Positions 18,137 to 27,893 of a stretch of 64,000 nucleotides of DNA are shown here, one piece after another (position 1 is the first letter of the stretch; the number at the start of each line of letters is the position of its first letter). The position numbers and the translations under genes were made by a program. The notes below the pieces were generated by a model. That model saw only the letters and a program-made list of their open reading frames with translations. It was not told the origin of the DNA and searched no databases. The stretch is from an uncultured bacterium. Lineage in GTDB: Bacteria > CSSED10-310 > CAZUFC01. The stretch is taken from assembly GCA_964619725.1 (NCBI GenBank), contig CAZUFC010000001.1, positions 140,396 to 204,395 on the forward strand, written 5' to 3'.

Positions 18137-20818
18137 ATGATTAAAATAGGAAGGCCATCACCGAAAAAATTTTTTTTGCCTCTTTTTCTGGCCGGCTTGT
18201 TTTTTTGTTTTACAGGCCCTTCAAAAAAAACATGGGCGCAGGGATTATCCGCATCCGATCCGGCGGACGGCGAAAACCGTGACAGGATGTTTGAAGAATA
18301 CAGAGACAATCAATACCGCCGATCATTTACCGAAGAAGAACGGTTCAGACGTGAATTCCAGGAAAAAGCCGAACGACTGGAACGACTGGAAACCAAACGT
18401 TCACCCGTATATTTCGATGCGGAGGTTCAGGAATATATTGAAGAGGAGAACCTGTTCATTTTGACGGGAAATGCCCGCATTATGAAAGATGATTTCTCCC
18501 TGTCGGCCGACAAAATCATCATTAATGACTGGACTCAGGACTTGACTGCCGAAGGCGATGTTTTTATTAAATTCGGCGAAGATGAAATAACATGCGATAT
18601 GGTTGAGTATAATTTTGAAACCAGACGGGGAAGGCTTTACAATTGCCGCGGCGTTTTGACTCCGAGCGTTTTCTTTGACTGTTCGCTTTTGGAAAAACTG
18701 GGTGATTTTGAAAAAACCGGAACGCCGCAATATTACATGGAAAACGGGACTTTCACCTCGTGCAAAGGACCGGTTCCCGACTGGAAAATTACCAGTACTA
18801 AAGCTTTAGCTCGTCAGGAGCATTATTTACACCTGAACAATCCGATCTTATGGATCAACCGGCTGCCGGCGGTTTACTTTCCCTATTGGGTCTATCCGAT
18901 CAAAACGGAACGAGCGACGGGATTCCTGGTTCCCACTATAGCCTATAACGCCAATCTGGGATTCGTCATGATGAATGAATTTTTCTGGGTTCTGGCAGAC
19001 AACGCAGACGTTACCTTCGGACTGGATTATTATTCTAAGACGGGATTGCGAGAGGATATAGATGCACGCTTTGCTTTCGATCATTTTTCCCGGGGAAGCT
19101 TTCATTTCAAGCACATTGAAGAGAGGCAGTCCCTGAGGTCGGACAGACCTGCCAGTGAACGTTGGAGATTTAATTATTATCAGAACCATGAGTTCGGATG
19201 GAACGTTCGGGGCACGGCACACCTTAATTTCGTAAGCGATGAATATTTCGATCAAGATTACAACTGGCAGCTCGATTACATGACGCATAGGGACCTGGTT
19301 TCCGGACTCTCATTAACTAAAACCTGGACCAGGGCTTCCATGACGATGGAAGCTGACTACACCAAGGACCTGGATGAAAACCTCCAGCGCGACCTTCAGC
19401 GCATACCCAAAATTTATTATAACTCAGGACTTCAAAAAATCGGCAAAAGCATCTTACGCTATTTCTTCAACGCATCGTTTGAGAATCTTGTACAACAAGG
19501 GCTGGAATCGTACTACCGGGAACTGGACTATATAAACGACGTGCCGTCTGGCTCTTTACTGGTCAAAGATTACCTGGACATACAGACCTACCGGAGCCAT
19601 CTTGTGCCCGGAATGCAACTCGTTTTCAACCAATTGCCCTGGCTCTCCTTTACACCGCGCTTTCAATATGAAGCGACTTTATGGAGCAAAAAGCGTATCG
19701 TGGACGAATCTTTTCCTTACGGGACCTGGGCGACTTTGCCGGAATCAGGTCCGGATATTAAACAGGAAGGCTTTCTCAGAGGAACAGGAGAATTCGGAGA
19801 CGACGGCATATGGCGGCAGCTTTATCGAACCGGATTCGATCTCCAGGGACCCCGTTTCTTTCGAATTTTTCCTGCTGAGTTCGGTCGTCTCATGAAAATC
19901 AAACATCTCATATATCCCGAAGTCAATTATAACTTCGTGCCGGAAGTCGAACAGACCAATATAATGCAGTATGACGGCCTGGATATGATACGCCCCAGCA
20001 ACGCAATCACCTATTCTCTCGTCAATACAATTCTCGGAAAAGTGAAACAACATTCAGACACTCCAGGAACTTATTCCTCCTCCATGAATGACGAATCAGA
20101 GGAAAAAATGGAGCTGGGTTCATCAGGCGTTCTGCCGGAAGATGCTGAAACGCCGGAAGGCGTCTTCCCCGAAGACGATGACTACGAAAAAAAAGATAAA
20201 ACTACCATCAGAGAATTTGCCCGTTTTACCGTCAGCCAGACTTACGATGCCTCCAAAGAAACCCTTTTCCGGGAAAAGCAGGAGGAATACGACTCCGGCG
20301 AAAGCCTGGAAAAGCCGACTCGGTATGATTACCCTTACAGCGACATCAGATTCAACGCTATCGCACGTCCTTATGCTTATATCGACTTTTCATCCAACCT
20401 TTACCTGGACCCCTACGAATCTCGTCTGGCGAGAACCGATCTGAATTTAAGATATTATGCCGGGCGATGGGCTGTTAAACTTGGCTGGAACTACAGCGTC
20501 AATGATTATGAAAATCCTAACGACGATTTCAAAACTGTGACGCTCGAATGCGGCGCACGCCTGAGTCAGGCCTGGTCGACCGAAGTTTCGCTTTATTACG
20601 ATCAACATAAAGATTTTTTCAATCATTGGATGACGAACATTACTTACCATTCCCAGTGCTGGTCCGTTACGCTACAGACGCTTTACCGGCAAAAAATTCT
20701 TGATGGAGTCTGGCCGGACTGGCAAACGGAAGATGAATACCAGTTCGGTTTTTCGTTGAGTTTAAAAAATTTGGGAGAAGTAGGTAGCCTGGATTTGGGA
20801 GAATTCAAGTTCTATTGA
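18137..20818 (+). CDS. lptD: LPS-assembly outer-membrane protein LptD
   Basis: OstA-like N-terminal domain; FTSC...PDW; RATGFLVP; beta-barrel ending YHSQCWSV...LKNLG. Confidence 0.85.
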   Translation: MIKIGRPSPKKFFLPLFLAGLFFCFTGPSKKTWAQGLSASDPADGENRDRMFEEYRDNQYRRSFTEEERFRREFQEKAERLERLETKRSPVYFDAEVQEYIEEENLFILTGNARIMKDDFSLSADKIIINDWTQDLTAEGDVFIKFGEDEITCDMVEYNFETRRGRLYNCRGVLTPSVFFDCSLLEKLGDFEKTGTPQYYMENGTFTSCKGPVPDWKITSTKALARQEHYLHLNNPILWINRLPAVYFPYWVYPIKTERATGFLVPTIAYNANLGFVMMNEFFWVLADNADVTFGLDYYSKTGLREDIDARFAFDHFSRGSFHFKHIEERQSLRSDRPASERWRFNYYQNHEFGWNVRGTAHLNFVSDEYFDQDYNWQLDYMTHRDLVSGLSLTKTWTRASMTMEADYTKDLDENLQRDLQRIPKIYYNSGLQKIGKSILRYFFNASFENLVQQGLESYYRELDYINDVPSGSLLVKDYLDIQTYRSHLVPGMQLVFNQLPWLSFTPRFQYEATLWSKKRIVDESFPYGTWATLPESGPDIKQEGFLRGTGEFGDDGIWRQLYRTGFDLQGPRFFRIFPAEFGRLMKIKHLIYPEVNYNFVPEVEQTNIMQYDGLDMIRPSNAITYSLVNTILGKVKQHSDTPGTYSSSMNDESEEKMELGSSGVLPEDAETPEGVFPEDDDYEKKDKTTIREFARFTVSQTYDASKETLFREKQEEYDSGESLEKPTRYDYPYSDIRFNAIARPYAYIDFSSNLYLDPYESRLARTDLNLRYYAGRWAVKLGWNYSVNDYENPNDDFKTVTLECGARLSQAWSTEVSLYYDQHKDFFNHWMTNITYHSQCWSVTLQTLYRQKILDGVWPDWQTEDEYQFGFSLSLKNLGEVGSLDLGEFKFY

Positions 20819-20825
20819 TGGTCCT

Positions 20826-20856
20826 TCTGCGATAAAAAACTGATCCTTGTCGCAGA
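20826..20856 (+). terminator. Hairpin after lptD (possible terminator or processing site)
   Basis: TCTGCGATAA...TTGTCGCAGA inverted repeat; weak U-tract. Confidence 0.4.
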
Positions 20857-21045
20857 TTCGAAAATAACGCAATTATGGAAACTCTTTTCAACATGCAATC
20901 ACTCATTTTCCATAAGAAAAGAAAAATTCATACTTTTAACGGAATATTCCGCCCGTATTGCGGACGGTTGCTGATTAAAGACGTCAGGACCTGTCGCCGG
21001 AAGCATATACGGCGAATGAAGCGGTTATGAGGGGAGAAATTTGAA

Positions 21046-22110
21046 ATGAAAGGTTTGATATTGAGCGGCGGTAAAGGAACGCGATTAAGACCGTTGACCT
21101 ATACTCGCGCAAAACAGCTCGTGCCGGTAGCCAACAAGCCGGTGCTTTATTACGGCATTGAAGCGATTAAGGAAGCCGGCATCAGCGACATAGGTATAGT
21201 CGTCGGCGACACGAAGGATGAAATAAAAGCCGCCGTTGGCGACGGGTCCCTATGGGACATAAAAGTAACTTACATCGAACAGGATGCTCCTTTGGGGCTG
21301 GCTCACGCCGTTATGATTTCGGAGGAATTCATCAAAGATGATCCTTTTATCATGTATTTAGGCGATAATCTCATCCGAAGCGGCATTAAAGGAATCGTGG
21401 ATGAGTTTCGAAAGGGACTGTGCAATTCTCAGATTTTACTTGCGAAAGTCCCGAATCCTCAGCAATTCGGTGTGGCGGAGCTTGTAGACGGGCGAGTTTG
21501 CAAACTTGTGGAAAAACCCAAGGAACCCAAAAGCGACCTGGCGCTTGTGGGGGTCTACATGTTCGACCGTAACATTTTTGAAGCGGTCAAGAGTATTAAG
21601 CCGTCATTCCGTAATGAACTGGAAATTACCGACGCCATTCAATATCTGATAGACCACGGATACCAGGTGCGTCCGCATATAGTCAAAGGCTGGTGGAAGG
21701 ACACAGGCAAACTGGAGGACATGCTGGAGGCGAACCGCATGGTTCTGGACAATTTTGAAACCAGCATCGAAGGTGAAGTAGACGCCGAATCGTGCGTTCA
21801 GTTTAAAGTAGTGCTCGGAAAGGGCAGCAAAGTTCTCAGAAGCACCATCCGGGGGCCTGCCATCATTGGAAATAATTGCCGCATAGTCGATTCCTTCATC
21901 GGGCCTTTTACTTCTCTCCAGCATGACGTCTCTATCGTCAACAGCGAAATCGAGCACACCATCGTCATGGAAAAAAGTTCAATTGAAAATCTCAATACAA
22001 GAATCGTCGACAGTCTGATCGGACGAAACGTCAGGGTACGCTGCAGTCAAAGCAGGCCCAGAGCCTTCCAGTTCGTTCTCGGCGACAGAAGCGACGTGAG
22101 CCTTGTCTGA
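21046..22110 (+). CDS. rfbA: Glucose-1-phosphate thymidylyltransferase (long form)
   Basis: LSGGKGTRLRPLT, KQLVPVANKP, ELEITDA, WKDTG; C-terminal hexapeptide repeats. Confidence 0.93.
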   Translation: MKGLILSGGKGTRLRPLTYTRAKQLVPVANKPVLYYGIEAIKEAGISDIGIVVGDTKDEIKAAVGDGSLWDIKVTYIEQDAPLGLAHAVMISEEFIKDDPFIMYLGDNLIRSGIKGIVDEFRKGLCNSQILLAKVPNPQQFGVAELVDGRVCKLVEKPKEPKSDLALVGVYMFDRNIFEAVKSIKPSFRNELEITDAIQYLIDHGYQVRPHIVKGWWKDTGKLEDMLEANRMVLDNFETSIEGEVDAESCVQFKVVLGKGSKVLRSTIRGPAIIGNNCRIVDSFIGPFTSLQHDVSIVNSEIEHTIVMEKSSIENLNTRIVDSLIGRNVRVRCSQSRPRAFQFVLGDRSDVSLV

Positions 22111-22268
22111 AATCGCCGGCGCTTGTGCAATTAAAGAATTCGATTTATTTCGAGCGCCGCGCTTGCAGGAATTACAAGGGCGCTATATAATCAAATGCTT
22201 TCAAACCCAATCCCGGATGCGCAAGGGATATCGACGGTTTTAAAGGTCAATTAAGGGAGCGATTAATT

Positions 22269-22730
22269 ATGAGTGATATTAAAGATGTGACGGTCAAACA
22301 GCTTCGGGTCATCCCTGATGAAAGAGGTTGGTTGATGGAGATACTCAGGAGAGACGATCCGATTTTTAAAAAATTCGGACAGGTCTATATTACGACTACT
22401 TATCCGGACGTCGTCAAAGGATGGCATTATCATAAAAAACAATGGGATTTCTTTACCGTCATCAAAGGTATGGCGAAAATCGTTCTTTATGACGGAAGAA
22501 AAGATTCGCCGACTTACGGTGAAATAATGGAATTTTTTGTGGGTGAGAAAAACCCCCGCCTGATCGTTATTCCTCCCTATGTCTACCACGGTTTCAAAGG
22601 TATAGGAACCGAACCCGCCTTCGTACTCAATTGCGTTACCGAACCTTACGACCACGATGACCCGGATGAACACAGAGTCGACCCTCACAGCGGCGGCATT
22701 CCTTATGACTGGGCACGGAAAGATTTCTAA
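22269..22730 (+). CDS. rfbC: dTDP-4-dehydrorhamnose 3,5-epimerase family
   Basis: DERG, VKGWHYH, IPP.VYHGF; operon context. Confidence 0.88.
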   Translation: MSDIKDVTVKQLRVIPDERGWLMEILRRDDPIFKKFGQVYITTTYPDVVKGWHYHKKQWDFFTVIKGMAKIVLYDGRKDSPTYGEIMEFFVGEKNPRLIVIPPYVYHGFKGIGTEPAFVLNCVTEPYDHDDPDEHRVDPHSGGIPYDWARKDF

Positions 22731-22784
22731 TTTTTTACTTTCAGCGTAAGGTATTTCATCATATGCGCTGGTTGGGAGAAAAAA

Positions 22785-23816
22785 ATGGAAACGTTGTTGA
22801 TTACAGGCGGTGCGGGATTCATAGGCAGCAATTTTGTTCGGCATATTTTAAAGCATTACGACGATTATCGCGTGATTAATCTTGATAAACTGACCTACGC
22901 CGGCAACCTGGAGAATCTGCGGGACATTGAAAATGATGATCGATATACTTTCGTCAAGGGCGACATCTGCGATGAAAATATTGTAGGTAATTGTCTGGAA
23001 CAGGCCGAATCTCTGAAAGCCGTCATTAATTTCGCGGCAGATACTCATGTCGACAGGTCCATAGCAGGAGCCGGCAGTTTCATACAAACCGACGTTATGG
23101 GCGTTTATGTGCTGCTGGAACAACTCCTGAAATACCGCAACGATGCGATTTTCTTTCAGATAAGCACCGATGAAGTTTACGGAAGCATTGAGGAAGGGTC
23201 CTTCAGGGAATCAGACCCCCTTAAACCCAACAGTCCTTATTCAGCCAGTAAAGCCGGCGCCGAGATGCTGGTGAGAGCTTATCAGATCACATACGGAGTG
23301 AAGACTCTCGTTGCCAGGAGCTCCAATAACTTCGGCCCCTATCAATATCCTGAAAAACTGATTCCTCTCTTCATTACCAACGCTCTCCAGAACAAGGAAG
23401 TCCCCTTATACGGCGACGGCTTGAACGTCAGGGACTGGTTGTATGTTGAGGACAACTGCAAAGGCATTGATTTCATTTTGCATAACGGAGAACCCGGAGA
23501 GACTTACAATGTCGGCGGCGGAAACGAGGAAACCAATATCACCATTACGAAAACCATATTGAATCTGCTCGGAAAAGATGAATCCCTCATCAAATATGTA
23601 AAGGATCGGCCGGGGCATGACCGGAGATATTCCATAGATTGCAGCAAATTGCAAGCTATAGGCTGGGCGCCTGAGAAAAATTTCGTCGAAGCGATGAATG
23701 AGACGGTGAACTGGTATCGTGACCGCCGGGAATGGTGGGAAAACATTAAAAATAAAAGAGAGGAGTACAAGAGGTTCTATCAATCCTGGTATTCCTCGTT
23801 GGAAAAAGGAGAATGA
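22785..23816 (+). CDS. rfbB: dTDP-glucose 4,6-dehydratase
   Basis: TGGAGFIGSNF, THVDRS, STDEVYG, YSASK, DRPGHDRRY. Confidence 0.95.
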   Translation: METLLITGGAGFIGSNFVRHILKHYDDYRVINLDKLTYAGNLENLRDIENDDRYTFVKGDICDENIVGNCLEQAESLKAVINFAADTHVDRSIAGAGSFIQTDVMGVYVLLEQLLKYRNDAIFFQISTDEVYGSIEEGSFRESDPLKPNSPYSASKAGAEMLVRAYQITYGVKTLVARSSNNFGPYQYPEKLIPLFITNALQNKEVPLYGDGLNVRDWLYVEDNCKGIDFILHNGEPGETYNVGGGNEETNITITKTILNLLGKDESLIKYVKDRPGHDRRYSIDCSKLQAIGWAPEKNFVEAMNETVNWYRDRREWWENIKNKREEYKRFYQSWYSSLEKGE

Positions 23817-24697
23817 GCTACATGCGAGTTCTGATAACGGGAGCGAAGGGCATTTTGGGTTCCGCATTGACGGAGATTCTGGAGGAGAGGAAGCATCAGC
23901 CCATTCCCGTGGATATAGACGATTTTGATATCCGGGAAAAAGCTGAAGCGGAAAAGTGGATAAACAAGACGGAACCGGATTGCATCGTGCATTCTGCAGC
24001 CTTTACCGCTGTTGATGATTGCGAGCGCAGGAAGGAAGAATGTTTTAAAATAAACGGAGAGGGGACGGGAAACATAGCCGGCGCAGCGGCCAGAAAACGG
24101 ATTCCCCTGGTTTATATATCAACTGATTTTGTTTTCGACGGTCGAAAAACTTCTCCGTATGTCGAAACAGACGATCCTGCCCCATTGAGTCGCTACGGAT
24201 TATCGAAACTGAACGGCGAACGCGAGGTGCGGCGATACTGTGATCGTTGGACGATCGTGAGGACGGCTTGGCTTTTTGGAAAGAACGGCGGAAATTTTGT
24301 CCGCACAATTCTGAAAAAAGCGCACGAACTGCCGGTTTTGAAAGTAGTTTCCGATCAGAAGGGTTGCCCGACGTATGCAAAAGATTTGTCTGAAGCCGTT
24401 ACCGTCCTGATGGAAAAAGAATGCTTTGGAGTTTATCATGTCGTCAATAGCGGCAGCGCGGACTGGTATGAATTGGCTGAAACTGTTGTGAGGATGGCTG
24501 GATATGAAGACGTCAGGATTGATCCGATAAAAACGGAAAATTTGCGGCAACCGGCAGAAAGACCCCGATATTCGGCGCTTTCGACGCAAAAACTGACGAA
24601 TGATACTGGACTGGAAATGCGATACTGGAAGGAAGCCTTAAAGGATTATCTTATTACGTTAGGAATAAAGATCGCTCATTATGATATAGCCGTCTGA
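23813..24697 (+). CDS. rfbD: dTDP-4-dehydrorhamnose reductase
   Basis: TGAKGILG, AAFTAVD, STDFVFDG, YGLSK, DQKGCPT. Confidence 0.93.
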   Translation: MSYMRVLITGAKGILGSALTEILEERKHQPIPVDIDDFDIREKAEAEKWINKTEPDCIVHSAAFTAVDDCERRKEECFKINGEGTGNIAGAAARKRIPLVYISTDFVFDGRKTSPYVETDDPAPLSRYGLSKLNGEREVRRYCDRWTIVRTAWLFGKNGGNFVRTILKKAHELPVLKVVSDQKGCPTYAKDLSEAVTVLMEKECFGVYHVVNSGSADWYELAETVVRMAGYEDVRIDPIKTENLRQPAERPRYSALSTQKLTNDTGLEMRYWKEALKDYLITLGIKIAHYDIAV

Positions 24698-24741
24698 AAG
24701 GACGATTCATAAAGAGAACGAGAAGATGAAGGAGTAATAAT

Positions 24742-25701
24742 ATGCGAGTTTTAATAACGGGCATCACAGGTTTTGCAGGCAGTCATCTGGCTGATTATAT
24801 TCTGAAAGAGCATCCTGATGTGGAGCTTTTCGGCATTTATCGGTGGAGAAGTCGAACAGAAAACATCGAACATAACCGGGATCACTTTAAAATAATAGAA
24901 TGCGATCTGCGGGACGCTTCTTCCGTCAGAACCGTCTTGAGCCGCATCCGGCCGGACAAAATATTCCATCTGGCGGCCCAGAGTTTCGTTCCTTCTTCGT
25001 GGAAAGCTCCCAGCGAATCCGTCGTAACGAACGTCATAGGACAGATCAACATTTTTGAAGCGGTCCGTGATTTAAATCTGAACCCCTGGATTCAGCTTGC
25101 CTGTTCCAGCGAAGAATACGGTATGGTTTATCCTCACGAAACCCCCATCAAAGAAACCAATCCGCTGAGGCCCCTGAGTCCTTACGGCGTGAGCAAGGTC
25201 GGTCAGGACTACCTGGGCTATCAGTATCATATGAGTTACGGAATGAATATCGTCAGAACCAGAGGATTCAATCATACGGGTCCTCGACGGGGCGACGTCT
25301 TCGTCTGTTCTGATTTCGCCAAACAGGTCGTCGAAATTGAATTGAAAAAGAGAGAATCCGTAATTCGAGTCGGCAACCTTGAAGCGCTTCGGGATTTCAC
25401 TGACGTCCGCGATATGGTAAGAGGGTATTGGATGGCTTTGGAAAATTGCAAACCCGGAGAAGCCTATAATATTTGCTCCGGTCGCGCCTATTCCATTAAG
25501 GAAGTTCTCGACAGCCTGCTTTCCATGACTGATGTCGATATTACAGTGGAACAGGACCCTGACAGGTTGCGCCCTTCTGATGTGCCGATATTGCTTGGCG
25601 ATAATACGAAATTCAGAGAAATATCGGGCTGGGAACCCCAAATTCCATTCCCCCAAACTCTTCGTGATATCCTGAATTATTGGCGGGAGAGGCTTTCATG
25701 A
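24742..25701 (+). CDS. GDP-mannose 4,6-dehydratase-family SDR
   Basis: TGITGFAGSH, HLAAQSFV, SSEEYG, YGVSK, FNHTGPR, GNL...RDF. Confidence 0.85.
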   Translation: MRVLITGITGFAGSHLADYILKEHPDVELFGIYRWRSRTENIEHNRDHFKIIECDLRDASSVRTVLSRIRPDKIFHLAAQSFVPSSWKAPSESVVTNVIGQINIFEAVRDLNLNPWIQLACSSEEYGMVYPHETPIKETNPLRPLSPYGVSKVGQDYLGYQYHMSYGMNIVRTRGFNHTGPRRGDVFVCSDFAKQVVEIELKKRESVIRVGNLEALRDFTDVRDMVRGYWMALENCKPGEAYNICSGRAYSIKEVLDSLLSMTDVDITVEQDPDRLRPSDVPILLGDNTKFREISGWEPQIPFPQTLRDILNYWRERLS

Positions 25702-26690
25702 TCGAAAGCGATAAAAAGAAAGTCGTCCTCATTACCGGCGTCGCCGGTTTTGTCGGAGGACCGCTGGCGGAATCCTTTCTGAAAGAAGGGATGCATGAGA
25801 TTCATGGGATAGACCTGGCGGAGTGTATGAAGGAGGAAGCCGGGTTGAAGGCTTATCCCAACTTTACTTGTCATGCCTGGCCTGAGAATGATTCGGAAAA
25901 AATTCATCAACTCATTTCCAGAATCGAACCGGATTATATTTTTCATCTTGCCGGCGCCAGCAATGTCGCACAATCCTGGAAAACCAGAGAAATTACCTTC
26001 CGCGCTAACTTCTGGACCTGCCTTCAACTGCTGGAATCCGTCAGGCGTAATAAGCTTGATGCCAGGATTCTCATCATAGGCTCAGGAGAGCAATACGGGC
26101 TGGTACCTGAAGAAAAACAGCCCATCAAAGAACACGAACCCTACGATCCTAGAACCCCCTATGCAGCCAGCAAAGTATGCCAGGAAATACTGGGCAGACA
26201 ATACTTTCAGACGGATAAACTGAATATCGTTCTCATCAGAGCCTTCAATCATATTGGTCCCAGACAGAAACCTACGTTCGTGGCTGCAGACTTCGCCAGA
26301 CAAGTCGCTGCTATCGAACTCGGTAAATGCCAACCCGTTATGCGGGTCGGCAACCTCAAAGCCAGAAGAGATTTCACCGACGTCAGGGATATGATTCGAG
26401 CATACCGGACCGCTATAAAACGATGTCCTCCAGGGCAACCCTTCAATATCTCCTCGGAAAACACCCTTTCCATTAAACAAATTCTTGACTTCTATCTGCA
26501 GAACGCCTCTGTCCCCATCAAAGTAGAAGAGGACCCCGCTAAATTTCGTCCTGTCGATATACCGCTCATAAGCGGCGATGCTTCAAAATTTCGCAAATTC
26601 ACAGGCTGGCAGCCTCAATACGATATTAAAGACACATTGACGGATATCCTCAATTTCTGGCGCCGACGGGAAGCAGATAACAAGGAATGA
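25698..26690 (+). CDS. Gmd/Rmd-family SDR (probable GDP-4-keto-6-deoxymannose reductase)
   Basis: Paralog of the upstream gene; ATGA overlap with its stop; GSGEQYG, YAASK, FNHIGP. Confidence 0.75.
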   Translation: MIESDKKKVVLITGVAGFVGGPLAESFLKEGMHEIHGIDLAECMKEEAGLKAYPNFTCHAWPENDSEKIHQLISRIEPDYIFHLAGASNVAQSWKTREITFRANFWTCLQLLESVRRNKLDARILIIGSGEQYGLVPEEKQPIKEHEPYDPRTPYAASKVCQEILGRQYFQTDKLNIVLIRAFNHIGPRQKPTFVAADFARQVAAIELGKCQPVMRVGNLKARRDFTDVRDMIRAYRTAIKRCPPGQPFNISSENTLSIKQILDFYLQNASVPIKVEEDPAKFRPVDIPLISGDASKFRKFTGWQPQYDIKDTLTDILNFWRRREADNKE

Positions 26691-26694
26691 AAAA

Positions 26695-27441
26695 ATGGAC
26701 CAGGATAACGATCAGTCTCCTTTTACTGAAAATAATAAGCAGGACCGATCCACGGAACCTCCTCTGACGCCTGAATACGTCAATAAAACATCGGAGGTCT
26801 TCCCAGAACCGGAAATTGACGTCCCCGCCTGGGAGCGAAGACATGAACTGGGCTTTCTCAAATCCATCGTCGATACCCTTAATGACGTTCTGGCCAATCC
26901 GACTCGAACCTTCCGGAAAATGAAAAAATCCGGAGGCCTTGCGGTTCCGCTGACGTACGGATGGATAATGGGCATTGTGCTGGGATGCGCCGAAACCATT
27001 ATCAGCCACCTGCTGACCATGAAATCCGATGAATTTGTGCGACAGATGTACCCCAGGGAAGTTCTGGAACTTTTTCCCATGCTCCTGGAACAGAGCCTGT
27101 CGTCGAAATTACTCCAGTTGATCGCTTTCGTAACCATAGGCTTGTTCATCGCACCAGCCGTAATGCATATCTGTCTCTGGTTGCTCGGCGCTAAAAAGTA
27201 TCCATACGAAGCGACCTTTAGGCTATACTCCTACACCGTCGGCAGTATCGCTCTCATTAAAGTCTTCCCCTTCTGCGGCGAACCTGTCAGATTAATCTGG
27301 CAGTTCGTTATTCTCGTCATTGCCTTAAAGCAGGTTCATCAAACTACTACCGCTAAAGCCGTTATGGCTCTTTTACCCCCCCTCATCGCCTGCTGCCTGG
27401 CTGACGATGCATATGTTATGTTCGCCCTTACAAATCTTTAA
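26695..27441 (+). CDS. Yip1-family membrane protein
   Basis: PAWE...VLANPTRTF; GAK..YEATFR; about 5 TM helices. Confidence 0.75.
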   Translation: MDQDNDQSPFTENNKQDRSTEPPLTPEYVNKTSEVFPEPEIDVPAWERRHELGFLKSIVDTLNDVLANPTRTFRKMKKSGGLAVPLTYGWIMGIVLGCAETIISHLLTMKSDEFVRQMYPREVLELFPMLLEQSLSSKLLQLIAFVTIGLFIAPAVMHICLWLLGAKKYPYEATFRLYSYTVGSIALIKVFPFCGEPVRLIWQFVILVIALKQVHQTTTAKAVMALLPPLIACCLADDAYVMFALTNL

Positions 27442-27464
27442 CCTCCAAAATAAAGCGTCTCCCC

Positions 27465-27878
27465 TTGAAAACTCAATGGAAAATACTCGCAGAACAGGAT
27501 ACCGATCATGAACTGATCTGGGGAACGATCGGTTGGATAACGACTGCCATCATTCTTTTCATGCCCTCTCTGCTCCAACGCCTGCCTCCATGCCCCTTCC
27601 GATACTTCACCGGACTCCCCTGCCCGACTTGCGGAACCGTCACGGCCCTTCGTGAATTGCTCCAGGGACGCTTCTTCCCTGCCTTGAAATCAAATCCACT
27701 GGCCGCTGTTTTCATTCCTGCAGTCGCCCTCTATATGCTTTACGCAACCTTCGTCGTCGCTGCACGATTGCCGAGACTCCGCTTGAAACATCTCTCCCCT
27801 CATCAAGAAAGAATGCTGCGCATCTCCATTCTCTCCATCATCCTAATTAATTGGATTTTTATGATTCTTACTTCTTAA
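27465..27878 (+). CDS. DUF2752-like membrane protein
   Basis: CPF..FTGLPCPTCG...G.F..AL..NPL. Confidence 0.8.
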   Translation: MKTQWKILAEQDTDHELIWGTIGWITTAIILFMPSLLQRLPPCPFRYFTGLPCPTCGTVTALRELLQGRFFPALKSNPLAAVFIPAVALYMLYATFVVAARLPRLRLKHLSPHQERMLRISILSIILINWIFMILTS

Positions 27879-27893
27879 AGGATTTATGTAACC

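Noticed and set aside
22263-22844. 193-aa minus-strand ORF and similar overlapping ORFs across the rfb, accD and hydrogenase genes
   Set aside because: Antisense or alternate-frame shadows of well-supported genes
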